DNA from: an uncultured delta proteobacterium
GTDB lineage: Bacteria > Desulfobacterota > Desulfomonilia > Desulfomonilales > Desulfomonilaceae
Assembly: GCA_963789265.1 (NCBI GenBank)
Contig: CAWBKB010000001.1
Span: 2,016,001 to 2,080,000 of the forward strand
Length of the DNA: 64,000 bases
Direction: 5' to 3'
Shown here piece by piece: positions 47,160 to 56,161 of the stretch. Position numbers and translations under genes: made by a program. Every line of letters begins with the position of its first letter. Position 1 is the stretch's first letter. The notes beneath the pieces are model-generated. The model ran no database searches, was not told the DNA's origin, and was given only the letters and a program-made list of their open reading frames with translations.

Positions 47160-47175
47160 TGCACATTCCATGCCA
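47160..47175 (-). promoter_or_regulatory. Sigma54 promoter upstream of the serine recombinase
   Basis: TGGCATGGAATGTGCA, ~40 bp before the ATG. Confidence 0.65.
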
Positions 47176-47454
47176 CTCTTCGCCCCGCGAGGCCACAATA
47201 TACAGCCTCCAAAGCGGCCCGTCGCGCAGATATGGTATGGTAAATCTCCTCGGGCCTGCTACAATGCGGAAATAATGCCGTGAGTGTCCGAAAAGTAAGG
47301 CAGAGTGTAGCTTATTGGGATCGCCCGACTTTTGGGGCAGTGTTTGAGCATAAAAAGCCCATTAACAGCCACTTTGGGTATTTAAAACCGCTCCATGAGA
47401 GGCCCAGGAAGGCGAGACCGCGTACTTTGCCAGGATCGGAGCAACCCTAGATGT

Positions 47455-47619
47455 TGGCACGAAGATTGCTTCTTATTATATGGCACGGTAATTGCTAAGA
47501 CATGGACCCGCAAGAGTGGCCCGGGCCTTGCATTATTAGCAGGTAGTATGCCATGAGACTATTTTGGCACGTGGCTAGAATTCTGTGACTAATTCCCTCT
47601 AAATGGCCCGCTTCCTGCA
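47455..47619. promoter_or_regulatory. Array of sigma54 -24/-12 motifs (5 matching, 1 partial)
   Basis: 47455 TGGCACGAAGATTGCT; 47481 TGGCACGGTAATTGCT; 47517 TGGCCCGGGCCTTGCA; 47538-47553 (minus) TGGCATACTACCTGCT; 47565 TGGCACGTGGCTAGAA (partial); 47604 TGGCCCGCTTCCTGCA. Confidence 0.8.
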
Positions 47620-47972
47620 TGTATTCCACGATAACACACCGCTTCTCACAATCGCTGATCTGAAACTCCGAGTAAACTAGGTGCATATACACCATATTTG
47701 CATCGAAATTAGAGCGCTGACATGGCAATGCTGGAGAGGCTTTGACCAGGTGGTCATCGGTAACAGCAGGCTCAGTGAGGAGTTAGAGAGGTTCCCAAAC
47801 TGGCCCGAGCGGTCAGTTTTCCGTGTTTCGCAAGAATCGCAATGGAAGTATGCATTGACGCATGGACCGGACAAGAAAACCGCGGGATTCCGCGGAGGCG
47901 TGGACGTGAGGAACCGGCAATCGCCACACTCTGAAAGTTTCTATAAACCTACTTCTTCAATGAAATCAATTA

Positions 47973-48071
47973 GTGGACCGTTTTTTATAAAAGTGGACCG
48001 TTTGTGGACCACTTTGCATTTTTATAAGTCTCTGGAATCAGGATATATGGACCGAGTGCACCGAGTGGACC
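47973..48071 (-). repeat. Right GGTCCAC iteron-like array (6 copies, inverted relative to the left array)
   Basis: GTGGACC at 47973, 47993, 48004, 48065; ATGGACC at 48047; GTGCACC at 48056. Confidence 0.85.
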
Positions 48072-48189
48072 GTTTTTTTATTCCTAACATAAAGTAAAAA
48101 AGCATAAGAAAAGGGGTTGTGTGCAGGTTGTGTGCAGGCGGGTATGGTGGTCAGTAAGTTGTAGTAATAACAGGGTTATTTGGTAGGCT

Positions 48190-48219
48190 TCCGGGGTTCA
48201 AGTCCCTGCACCGCCACCA
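48190..48219 (+). repeat. Right att core (duplicated tRNA-Met 3' end)
   Basis: Identical to 33039-33068. Confidence 0.95.
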
Positions 48220-48500
48220 GCTAACCTGGCACTACCATTGCGGATTCCTTGTGCACTAAGAATCTTCGGTGTACCGCCGATCACTCCCAAAGCATCGTTC
48301 AAAGGCTGTACAAGGCAATTTCGCTAATATTCCATTCCTGAGTGCAGTGTCTTATATCGGGTGATGTTGCGTGCGCTTGCAGTCCTGCCCGCATTACACC
48401 TCATCGGGTATTTTCAAGTAGAAGCGCGGGATGGCTAAAGCGCCAGGCAACCGGCCCTTGAACAATCATCCAAAACAGCGTATAAAAATATGTTCGGGAC

Positions 48501-49082
48501 ATGAGAATAATTGCGGGCCGTTTCAAAGGATTGCGACTGCCTTCGCCCAAGAAAAAGGGGGTGCGCCCGACTACCGACCGAGTGCGGGAGGCATTGTTCA
48601 GCACCCTGGGCCCCGATGTCACAGATTCCCGCGTGCTCGACCTTTTCGCCGGGACAGGCGCTTTTGGCTTTGAAGCCCTCAGCCGCGGCGCAGCTTCAGT
48701 GGTGTTCGTGGACAGCGATCGCCAGGTAGCCCGCACCTTATCAAGGACGTGCCACGGTCTGGGAGTGGTAGACCAAGTCCGGATTCTGACCATGTCCGCC
48801 GAACAGGCCGTCAAAAGGCTCTCAGGGTCCGAAGAAAGATTCGAAATCATTTTTCTCGATCCCCCGTACGGGGAGCAATTGATTCCAGAGATGGTTTATA
48901 ATCCGATCTTTGCGAGCCTGTTCGAACGCAACGGCCTCCTGATCGTTGAAAGAGAAGAGAGGGCTTCGGAACTTGCTGTGCCCACAAGGTTCGAGAAGGA
49001 GTTCAATCGAAAATACGGTAGCACGATTATCGAAATATTTCGGTATAACATGAGCGATGTTTCAACCTTTCCATTGAGGTAG
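48501..49082 (+). CDS. rsmD: 16S rRNA m2G966 methyltransferase
   Basis: MRIIAG, RPTTDRVREALF, LDLFAGTG..G.EALSRGA, FLDPPY. Confidence 0.93.
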   Translation: MRIIAGRFKGLRLPSPKKKGVRPTTDRVREALFSTLGPDVTDSRVLDLFAGTGAFGFEALSRGAASVVFVDSDRQVARTLSRTCHGLGVVDQVRILTMSAEQAVKRLSGSEERFEIIFLDPPYGEQLIPEMVYNPIFASLFERNGLLIVEREERASELAVPTRFEKEFNRKYGSTIIEIFRYNMSDVSTFPLR

Positions 49083-49094
49083 GGAATAGAGGGT

Positions 49095-49643
49095 ATGGGA
49101 GAAAAAATTGCTGTTTATCCGGGAACTTTTGACCCGTTTCATAACGGGCATCTGGAAATCATCCGCCGCGCTCTGGGCACGTTTGACCGCATAATCGTCG
49201 CGCTCGGCCTTAATCCTGAGAAGGAAACCATATTCACGCTGGAGGAGCGTTTGGACATGATCCGATGCAGCGTGGACGGCGACCCTAGAATAGAATGCGA
49301 TGCCTTCGACGGCCTTCTTGTGCGATATGCCGAGAGGAAAAACGCCCACGCGATTATTCGTGGACTCAGGGCGGTTTCTGACTTTGAGTATGAGTTTCAG
49401 CTTGCCTTGATGAATCGTAAACTTAGCCGGCGCATCGAAACGTTCTTTCTTATGACCGCACATCGCTATCTCTACGTGAGTTCGAGGATTATCAAAATGA
49501 CGGTAATGGCCGGTGGCTCGCCGGAAGGGTTGGTCCCCGATTACGTCTTCCAGGTCTTGAAGAAGAAGTTTCCGGCAATCGGAGAAGGCGACGATCCATT
49601 GAATTCCGACCTCCGGAGCAAAGATGAAGACGATGTTATCTGA
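49095..49643 (+). CDS. coaD: Phosphopantetheine adenylyltransferase
   Basis: YPGTFDP.HNGH, RGLRAVSDFEYE. Confidence 0.95.
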   Translation: MGEKIAVYPGTFDPFHNGHLEIIRRALGTFDRIIVALGLNPEKETIFTLEERLDMIRCSVDGDPRIECDAFDGLLVRYAERKNAHAIIRGLRAVSDFEYEFQLALMNRKLSRRIETFFLMTAHRYLYVSSRIIKMTVMAGGSPEGLVPDYVFQVLKKKFPAIGEGDDPLNSDLRSKDEDDVI

Positions 49644-50811
49644 AAGAGCAACCCAACTGAAGCCGTCCGCCACCTTGGCTATCTCCGCGAAGGCAAAGGA
49701 ACTTAAGAGCCAGGGAGTGGATGTTGTAGGTTTCGGAGCGGGTGAACCGGATTTTCCGACCCCTTCGCATATCAGAGAAGCGGCCAAGAGATCGTTGGAC
49801 CGCGGGGAGACATTTTACACGCCCGTCAGCGGTATAGTTGAACTGAAAAAAGCAGTGGTCCGCAGGTTTGCGGCAGACTACGACCTGGAATATTCCCCGG
49901 AAAATATCGTGGTTTCCTGCGGAGCCAAGCACAGCTTGTACAACATCTTCCAAGCCGTCATTCAGCCCGGTGACGAGGTGCTGGTCTTTGCGCCGTACTG
50001 GGTTTCTTATCCCGAGATGATAGCCCTCGCCGGCGGCACTCCTGTGATCGTTGCCACTGAAGAGCAGAATGGCTTTGTGCCTGAGGCCGTGGAGATAGAA
50101 TCTCGGATAACTTCATCGACCAAGGCAATACTGATCAATTCTCCGTCCAATCCCACGGGGGTAATCTATCCCGGACATTTGTTGGAAAAAGTGGGAGAAC
50201 TTGCGGAAAAACACGATCTGCTCGTCATTTCAGACGAGATCTACGACAAACTGGTCTACGACGACCGAGCTTTTAGACCTTTCGCCTCGTTACCCGGAAT
50301 GAAGGATCGCACCATTCTGGTGAACGGAGTCTCGAAAACTTATGCCATGACCGGATTGCGCATAGGCTATTTGGCTTCCAAGCGAGCCGAACTGGTCAAA
50401 GCGGCCACCAGCATCCAGAGCCAGTCCACATCCAACCCGAACAATACGGCACAGGCTGCGGCCGTGGAGGCGCTGACCGGACCGCAGGACGAGGTCGAAC
50501 GAATGCGCGGGATCTTCGAACGGCGCAGAAACATGATGGCGGACGAAATAGAGAAGATTCCTCAGCTCTCCGCCTTCAAACCGGAAGGTGCATTCTACTT
50601 TTTCGTGAATGTTTCGAAACTGTGCGGGAAGAGGGGTATGTCGAACTCGGCGGACATCGCAAGTTATTTGCTGGAGCGTCACCACGTGGCTTGCGTTCCG
50701 GGAGGGCCGTTCGGATCTGAAGATCATATCCGCCTCTCCTTTGCAGCCGGCGAGGAAGTGATGCTCAGGGGGTTGGAACGTATTCGCACGGCCTGCGACG
50801 AGCTGACATGA
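49624..50811 (+). CDS. PLP-dependent aspartate aminotransferase (class I)
   Basis: GAGEPDF, NSPSNPTG, SDEIY, SKTYAMTGLRIG. Confidence 0.92.
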   Translation: MKTMLSERATQLKPSATLAISAKAKELKSQGVDVVGFGAGEPDFPTPSHIREAAKRSLDRGETFYTPVSGIVELKKAVVRRFAADYDLEYSPENIVVSCGAKHSLYNIFQAVIQPGDEVLVFAPYWVSYPEMIALAGGTPVIVATEEQNGFVPEAVEIESRITSSTKAILINSPSNPTGVIYPGHLLEKVGELAEKHDLLVISDEIYDKLVYDDRAFRPFASLPGMKDRTILVNGVSKTYAMTGLRIGYLASKRAELVKAATSIQSQSTSNPNNTAQAAAVEALTGPQDEVERMRGIFERRRNMMADEIEKIPQLSAFKPEGAFYFFVNVSKLCGKRGMSNSADIASYLLERHHVACVPGGPFGSEDHIRLSFAAGEEVMLRGLERIRTACDELT

Positions 50812-51581
50812 CCGATAATCGTCCTCTCATCCTGCTTACAAACGACGATGGAATCCATGCAGAGGGGCTACGTAAGCTGACATCCGCGGCCGCAAAGCTG
50901 GGCCGGGTCCGTATTGTGGCACCGGAGAACGAACAGAGCGCTGTAGGCCACTCCATAACACTGTATGATCCCATCAAAGCCCACGAAGTGACCAAGGACG
51001 GTCACTTCTACGGATATGGAATAGGCGGCACGCCTGCGGATTCGGTAAAGCTGGCGGTGCATTCGCTGTTGCCGCGATTGCCCGATTTGGTCATCTCCGG
51101 AATAAACAACGGCGCCAATCTTGGAATCAATGTCCTCTATTCGGGGACTGTTTCAGCGGCTACAGAGGCGGCCATACTCGGTGTTCCGGCCATGGCGGTG
51201 TCGCTGGCTCAACGGAAAGACCCGCCTTTTGACTGGGCCCTGGCTCATATCGAAACATTAGGCGCATGGGTTCTGAAATGTGGCCTGCCGCAAGGAGTCG
51301 CTCTGAATGTCAACATACCGGCCATCCCGCCGGACCAAATTCGTGGGTTCAAGTTAACCCGACAGGGACTCTCCAAATTTCGAGAGTCTTTCGAGCAACG
51401 CGAAGACCCCAGAGGAAACCGCTATTACTGGCTTGCCGGTGAAGCCACTGCCGCAGAAACGGATCAGGGTGTGGACGTCACGGCAGTGAAGGACGGTTAT
51501 GTATCCGTAACCCCCCTCTTCTACGATCTCACGGCTCATCCGTACACGGAAGAATTGACATGTTCTCTGAAGAAGCTCTAA
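50808..51581 (+). CDS. surE: 5'/3'-nucleotidase SurE
   Basis: LTNDDG, GTPADSV, SGINNGANLG, YSGTV. Confidence 0.95.
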   Translation: MTDNRPLILLTNDDGIHAEGLRKLTSAAAKLGRVRIVAPENEQSAVGHSITLYDPIKAHEVTKDGHFYGYGIGGTPADSVKLAVHSLLPRLPDLVISGINNGANLGINVLYSGTVSAATEAAILGVPAMAVSLAQRKDPPFDWALAHIETLGAWVLKCGLPQGVALNVNIPAIPPDQIRGFKLTRQGLSKFRESFEQREDPRGNRYYWLAGEATAAETDQGVDVTAVKDGYVSVTPLFYDLTAHPYTEELTCSLKKL

Positions 51582-52307
51582 ACAACGGTACGAACAACAT
51601 CGAGATAAAAGAAATAGAAACAATTCTCGGCCATTCCTTCAGGAATCCTTCCCATTTACTCAGCGCTCTGACCAGGCGTAGCTTCTGGCACGAAAACAGA
51701 GACACGTGCAGCGAGCACAATGAGCGCCTCGAGTTCCTTGGGGACGCAGGTACTCGGCCTGGTGATCGCGGACATACTGTATCGCGAATTCCCCGACGAT
51801 GAGGAAGGAGAGCTTCAGAAGAAAAGGGCCAGCCTCGTGAATCGGGCTGCACTTGCACAACTCATGAGGCACCTCAACCTGGCTCGTTTCTTGAGAATGG
51901 GCAGAGGAGACGAGTTGTCCGGCTGTCGTGAGAGAGATTCCATTCTCGCTGACACTTTGGAGGCATTGATTGCGGCGGTTTACCTGGATGGAGGCTTTGC
52001 TCATGCCGAGAAGCTCATAGAAAAGCATTTCTATCCGCTTATAGAAAAATGTTCCACTCGGGAAGGGATGGACGACTTCAAGAGCCTCTTGCAGGAAAAG
52101 GCGCAGGCAGAACTGGGGATTACCCCCACTTACGAAGTTGTGGATCACTGGGGCGAAGAGCATCGGAAGACTTTTTCGGTTGCAGTCTATCTGGGATCGG
52201 AAATTGCCGGACAGGGGATAGGTAAAAACAAGAGAGAAGCCGCACAAAAAGCCGCACGTGACGCCTTCGCGAAATTGGATTCAGCATCCGCGAATAAGGT
52301 CCCCTAA
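51560..52307 (+). CDS. rnc: Ribonuclease III; +1 frameshift near 51748
   Basis: NERLEFLGDA, ADTLEALIAAVYLDGG, dsRBD DFKSLLQE. Confidence 0.92.
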
Positions 52308-52342
52308 GTTTCGCGTTTCACAAATACGGTTTCAATTGCACA

Positions 52343-52403
52343 GTAGGACCGGCATCTTGCCGGTCGTTGGAAAGAACGAATAACCGGCAAGATGCCGGTC
52401 CTA
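52343..52403. repeat. GTAG-type REP hairpin
   Basis: GTAGGACCGGCATCTTGCCGGT ... ACCGGCAAGATGCCGGTCCTAC. Confidence 0.7.
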
Positions 52404-52539
52404 CTGAGGGTAGCCGAACCAGATGCAGTGAAACAGATGTGACGTCTCCGATACCCATCTGAGCCAATACGTCAACAAACTTACAAAATTGAGTGCTATA
52501 GTCTTTGCCAAAAGTTTTGTCCGATTGACAAAATCACAC

Positions 52540-52598
52540 CGTCGCCCCGGACTCCGATCCGGGGTCCAGACTGGGTTCCCGCGTACGCGGGAATGACG
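52540..52598. repeat. Palindromic repeat (GTCATTCCCGCG type)
   Basis: CCCCGGACTCCGATCCGGGG and TTCCCGCGTACGCGGGAATGAC. Confidence 0.55.
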
Positions 52599-52681
52599 GC
52601 GAAATGTCCATCGCGACGCGTGTTCAGCATTATTGGGATTGCTCGGCCAAAAGGACATTACTTTTGGCAAAAGTTGTAATC

Positions 52682-53440
52682 ATGCCCTCTTCCGTGAATC
52701 CGGAATCATGTATCGGTACCGCCGGTGGCCATGGATCGGAAGGTCTAGTGTGGCCGAGGCTCATCAAGGGAACCTTAATCGAGCGGTATAAGCGATTTCT
52801 GGCCGACATCAGATTGCGCAACGGCCGAGTTGTTACAGCGCACTGCCCGAACTCGGGCAGCATGATGGGATGTTCCGAGCCTGGGAGGCCGGTATACATT
52901 TCCCGCAGCAACAATCCCAAAAGGCGCCTTGCGTATACCTGGGAAATGATCGAGATGCCGTCTTCACTGGTGGGCGTGAATACCTTGGTCCCCAACCGAC
53001 TAGTGAAACAGGCGATAATTGAGGGCAAGATAAAGGCCCTGGCCGGATACGAAAGAGTGACCGGCGAAGTCAAGTGCAGTCCGCATTCGCGTTTGGATCT
53101 GGCGCTCGATGGCTTTGACGGGAGACGCTGTTTTGTTGAAGTGAAGAACTGCACTCTAATTGAAAACGGCATAGCCTATTTTCCCGATGCAGTAACCGCG
53201 CGGGGGCTCAAGCATTTGAAGGAACTTGAGGAACAGGTTCGAGTGGGCAATCGGGGAGTGATTTTCTTCCTCATTCAGCGCATGGATGCTACAGCCTTCT
53301 GCTCGGCTGACCATATCGACCCGGCTTACGGTCGCGAACTGCGCAGTGTGGTGAGCAACGGCGTTGAAGTACTGGCTTACGACGTGCATATAACACTCAA
53401 ACGAATAGCACTGAACAGGCAGATCCCTTGCGAATTTTGA
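52682..53440 (+). CDS. sfsA: DNA/RNA nuclease SfsA (start uncertain)
   Basis: RYKRFLAD, HCPNSGSM, VEVKN, FPDAVT.RG.KHL. Confidence 0.93.
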   Translation: MPSSVNPESCIGTAGGHGSEGLVWPRLIKGTLIERYKRFLADIRLRNGRVVTAHCPNSGSMMGCSEPGRPVYISRSNNPKRRLAYTWEMIEMPSSLVGVNTLVPNRLVKQAIIEGKIKALAGYERVTGEVKCSPHSRLDLALDGFDGRRCFVEVKNCTLIENGIAYFPDAVTARGLKHLKELEEQVRVGNRGVIFFLIQRMDATAFCSADHIDPAYGRELRSVVSNGVEVLAYDVHITLKRIALNRQIPCEF

Positions 53441-53526
53441 GAAGAAAGAAAATAGACCGGACCACTTGTTTCTGATGCTTTGCCTTCAGGTGCGGCGTGG
53501 TTAACCAGAACGATTCGTATTTTTTC

Positions 53527-53592
53527 ATCTGTGGCCATCTGCGCAATCTGTGGATTAGAAGAAATCCGCAGATTTCACAGATAGCCGCAGAT
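53527..53592. repeat. ATCTG-type inverted repeat
   Basis: ATCTGTGGCCATCTGCGCAATCTGTGGATT ... AATCCGCAGATTTCACAGATAGCCGCAGAT. Confidence 0.55.
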
Positions 53593-53614
53593 TGAGTAGA
53601 CGGGCAAAAATCCC

Positions 53615-53733
53615 GGGGTCAGACCCTGTATTTTGCAGCAGAAAATCGCAGCATATATGGACTCCATGACTCCACACCGTGAGGGGGACCGTGCAGGGCG
53701 AAAGGAAAAAGCCAAGAAACAAGACCTGACCTC
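53615..53733 (+). mobile_element. MITE-like element, copy 1
   Basis: GGGGTCAG...CAAGACCTGACCTC ends; direct repeat of 54114-54230. Confidence 0.7.
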
Positions 53734-53761
53734 TGCCCCGAAAGCGGCAACCGGCGGAGTT

Positions 53762-54076
53762 TCACGCGGCCGCGTCAGGCAATTTCATTGGACGCGGGGT
53801 GACAGTCTTGCGAATCTCCGCCTCTGCAACATCCTTGGCCGTCTCGAGATCGTAGCGAGACTGAAGATTCATCCAAAAGCCGGGAGTCATCCTGAAATAT
53901 CGCGCCAGGCGTAACGCCATTATCGCCGTGATTGCACGTTTCCCGTTTACGATCTGATTCACCGTCCTCGGATCTACGCCAAGATGGCGAGCGAGCGCAT
54001 TTTGGCTCAATCCCAAAGGCTTCATAAATTCTTCCAAGAGTATTTCACCCGGATGTATTGGCGGTAACTTCTTCAT
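53762..54076 (-). CDS. higA: Orphan HigA-family antitoxin
   Basis: LPPIHPGEIL, ITA.MALRLARYF..TPGFWMNLQ.RYDL; no toxin upstream. Confidence 0.9.
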   Translation of the reverse strand: MKKLPPIHPGEILLEEFMKPLGLSQNALARHLGVDPRTVNQIVNGKRAITAIMALRLARYFRMTPGFWMNLQSRYDLETAKDVAEAEIRKTVTPRPMKLPDAAA

Positions 54077-54113
54077 GTTTCGCTCACCTTCCTTGGTCAA
54101 TCTCTCAGTCTCC

Positions 54114-54230
54114 GGGGTCAGGCTTGTATTTTGCTGCAGAAGGTCGCAGCATGTATGGACTTCATTACTCCACCGTGAGCAAGATTGTGCAGGGCGCAAG
54201 GAGGTAAGTCAAGAAACAAGACCTGTCCCC
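54114..54230 (+). mobile_element. MITE-like element, copy 2
   Basis: GGGGTCAGGCTTG...CAAGACCTGTCCCC inverted ends; interior reads GLHYSTVSKIV. Confidence 0.7.
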
Positions 54231-54280
54231 TTACTGCAGGCGGGTCGTTCTCAGAAGGAAGCATCCTCCTGTACCGGAGA

Positions 54281-54871
54281 CTAGTGTCCAAGGGGAGTCT
54301 TCAACACTAAGAATTGCAGCAGAAGGAGTACCAGGTAGATCACCAAACCTAGTCCAACGAAACTGAGGGCCATTAGGCCCTTTGTTTTCCACGGCTTAGC
54401 TATAGGCTGAGGATACATGTTGATGCTTTGCGCGACGCATTGATCACTCCGTACGATGAGCGGGGTCGGGAGATCAATGTTGATTGACAGCAACTCGCAA
54501 CCTACTACTTCATTGGGCGCAAGACTCTCAAATATGAGTACGTACCGGTTATCTGTCTCAACGTGTTCAGCAAAGTGGCGTGGTGGCCAGATGTTCAGGC
54601 AGGGTGGCTTCCAATTAAAGACCAACTCGACATTCTTAGCCGTTTCTGTTCCGGCATTTCTTAGAAGCAACGACATCGTGTGAACGGTTTGTGCAGGCGA
54701 GAGTTGGTTCCCTTGTTGGTCCAGTAATGGCTGCTGAACGAGAAAAGTGAAGGTGTGCGGGGCTGCTAAGAACAACTTTGCCTTTGGTTTGAACAGGTGG
54801 TTCAGAGCCCAAGTGACGAGCGGAACGATCACCGAAACAAGTTCTTTGCCGTAGCTTTCAACGAATGTCAT
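54281..54871 (-). CDS. Hypothetical membrane protein
   Basis: GGAGG RBS; N- and C-terminal TM segments. Confidence 0.7.
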   Translation of the reverse strand: MTFVESYGKELVSVIVPLVTWALNHLFKPKAKLFLAAPHTFTFLVQQPLLDQQGNQLSPAQTVHTMSLLLRNAGTETAKNVELVFNWKPPCLNIWPPRHFAEHVETDNRYVLIFESLAPNEVVGCELLSINIDLPTPLIVRSDQCVAQSINMYPQPIAKPWKTKGLMALSFVGLGLVIYLVLLLLQFLVLKTPLGH

Positions 54872-55117
54872 GATGCCTCCGTGTGGCCGCCCACAAGAGC
54901 TGATGGAGGTAAAATGATCAGCTCGCTCGCAAGAAAGCCAGCTTTAGCCCGTCGCTGAAGATACTCCCCCAGCCCAGGACCAGCCAATCACGATTTTTGC
55001 TGCCAGCAGCATGCGCAGTTAGTCGGCCTCAGAATTAGACCACTTCTCGGCAACTTTCGCCCCGAGGCAACGATGCAGCGGAGTAGGAGAGGACTTACGG
55101 CCGGGCCCACCTAGTTG

Positions 55118-55822
55118 TCATTTGGCCCACTCGGTAAAGCGCTCAAGGAGTTTTTTGCCGTTAATCAGTTCCAGTCTATATGGTAACCACGGTTTGATTG
55201 CAGGGTCTTCGGTTATTTTGGGAGCAAAGTCGGAAGTAGTTGTGACGACACCTTTGGACGCACCCATGTCTGCCGCAAGCACGCCCATTAATGCTCTAAC
55301 TTCCTGAGCTGTGACTAGATGGCCTGGACTATAGCGTTTTACTTGCTCAATAAAACGCACAGTGCAAAATCCTTTCTTTACAGCAATCACGTCTCTTCCA
55401 CCATCGCCACTGTGGGGCGTTAAGATTACCTCATCATACCCAGCCTTCTTGTAGCTGCCAGCTATGATCTCCTCCCATATTCGCGGTGGAATCTCGAATG
55501 CCGCGGTCGGATCTCTTTCCAGGTGTCGTATGATTTCAAACCACGGAATCGCAACGGCTTGGATCAACACGCCCTCGCGCGTCCGTCCACCATGTACAGT
55601 GATCGTTTGTTGCAGAAGAATTTCAAGAGGCGGTTTTTCCAAGAATGAGCCGACTGCTTTCAAATGGACATCCAGATCTGCCTTGCCACCAATCACTACA
55701 GGGCTCAAGACGATGCGGGATATGGAACCGCAGTGAGGACAAGGATTTCGCTCGCCAGAGTTCAGATGAGCGGGTTCCTCCAAAACTTTGCCACAACCTA
55801 CGCATGTAACCGCGTCCACCAT
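55118..55822 (-). CDS. Mrr-family restriction endonuclease with N-terminal Zn ribbon
   Basis: CxxC...CPHCG; WEEIIA..Y, LTPHSGDGGRD, EQVKRY, VTTSDF. Confidence 0.85.
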   Translation of the reverse strand: MVDAVTCVGCGKVLEEPAHLNSGERNPCPHCGSISRIVLSPVVIGGKADLDVHLKAVGSFLEKPPLEILLQQTITVHGGRTREGVLIQAVAIPWFEIIRHLERDPTAAFEIPPRIWEEIIAGSYKKAGYDEVILTPHSGDGGRDVIAVKKGFCTVRFIEQVKRYSPGHLVTAQEVRALMGVLAADMGASKGVVTTTSDFAPKITEDPAIKPWLPYRLELINGKKLLERFTEWAK

Positions 55823-56161
55823 ACGCCTACACCTCGAAAGAATGGTCTAAGTCCGGTCTTTCCGACCATACCTCGCCTCTGCAGTGCGGTCAATGGCCGA
55901 CAAGATGGCTCCTCACCCCGGCCGAGTGCGAATGGGTAACCCCATGATTGTTGATTCCATCCTGTCGGGGCTAGAAACAAAGAAAACCCTTTGAGCGGTC
56001 GACTTATTTCGTGAAAACGCAAGTTATAGCGTTCCTACATCACGCCTCAACTGTCCACTGCGAACGCTACGGGATAGGACAATAGAAATCCCCGTGCAAC
56101 AGCATTGAAACCTATCCTCTCATGGGATTCTCCACTTGCATTGGAATTTTCGGGATTTATG

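Larger units (their letters stand above)
33069..48219. mobile_element. ~15.2 kb integrated phage-satellite/PICI-like element
   Basis: att direct repeats, tyrosine integrase, primase-helicase, AlpA/XRE regulators, TA pair, Mrr nuclease; no capsid, portal or terminase recognised. Confidence 0.9.

Noticed and set aside
47495..48097. ORFs 47495..47728, 47677..47874 and 47681..48097
   Set aside because: No recognisable motifs; they overlap the sigma54 and iteron arrays and are probably spurious.
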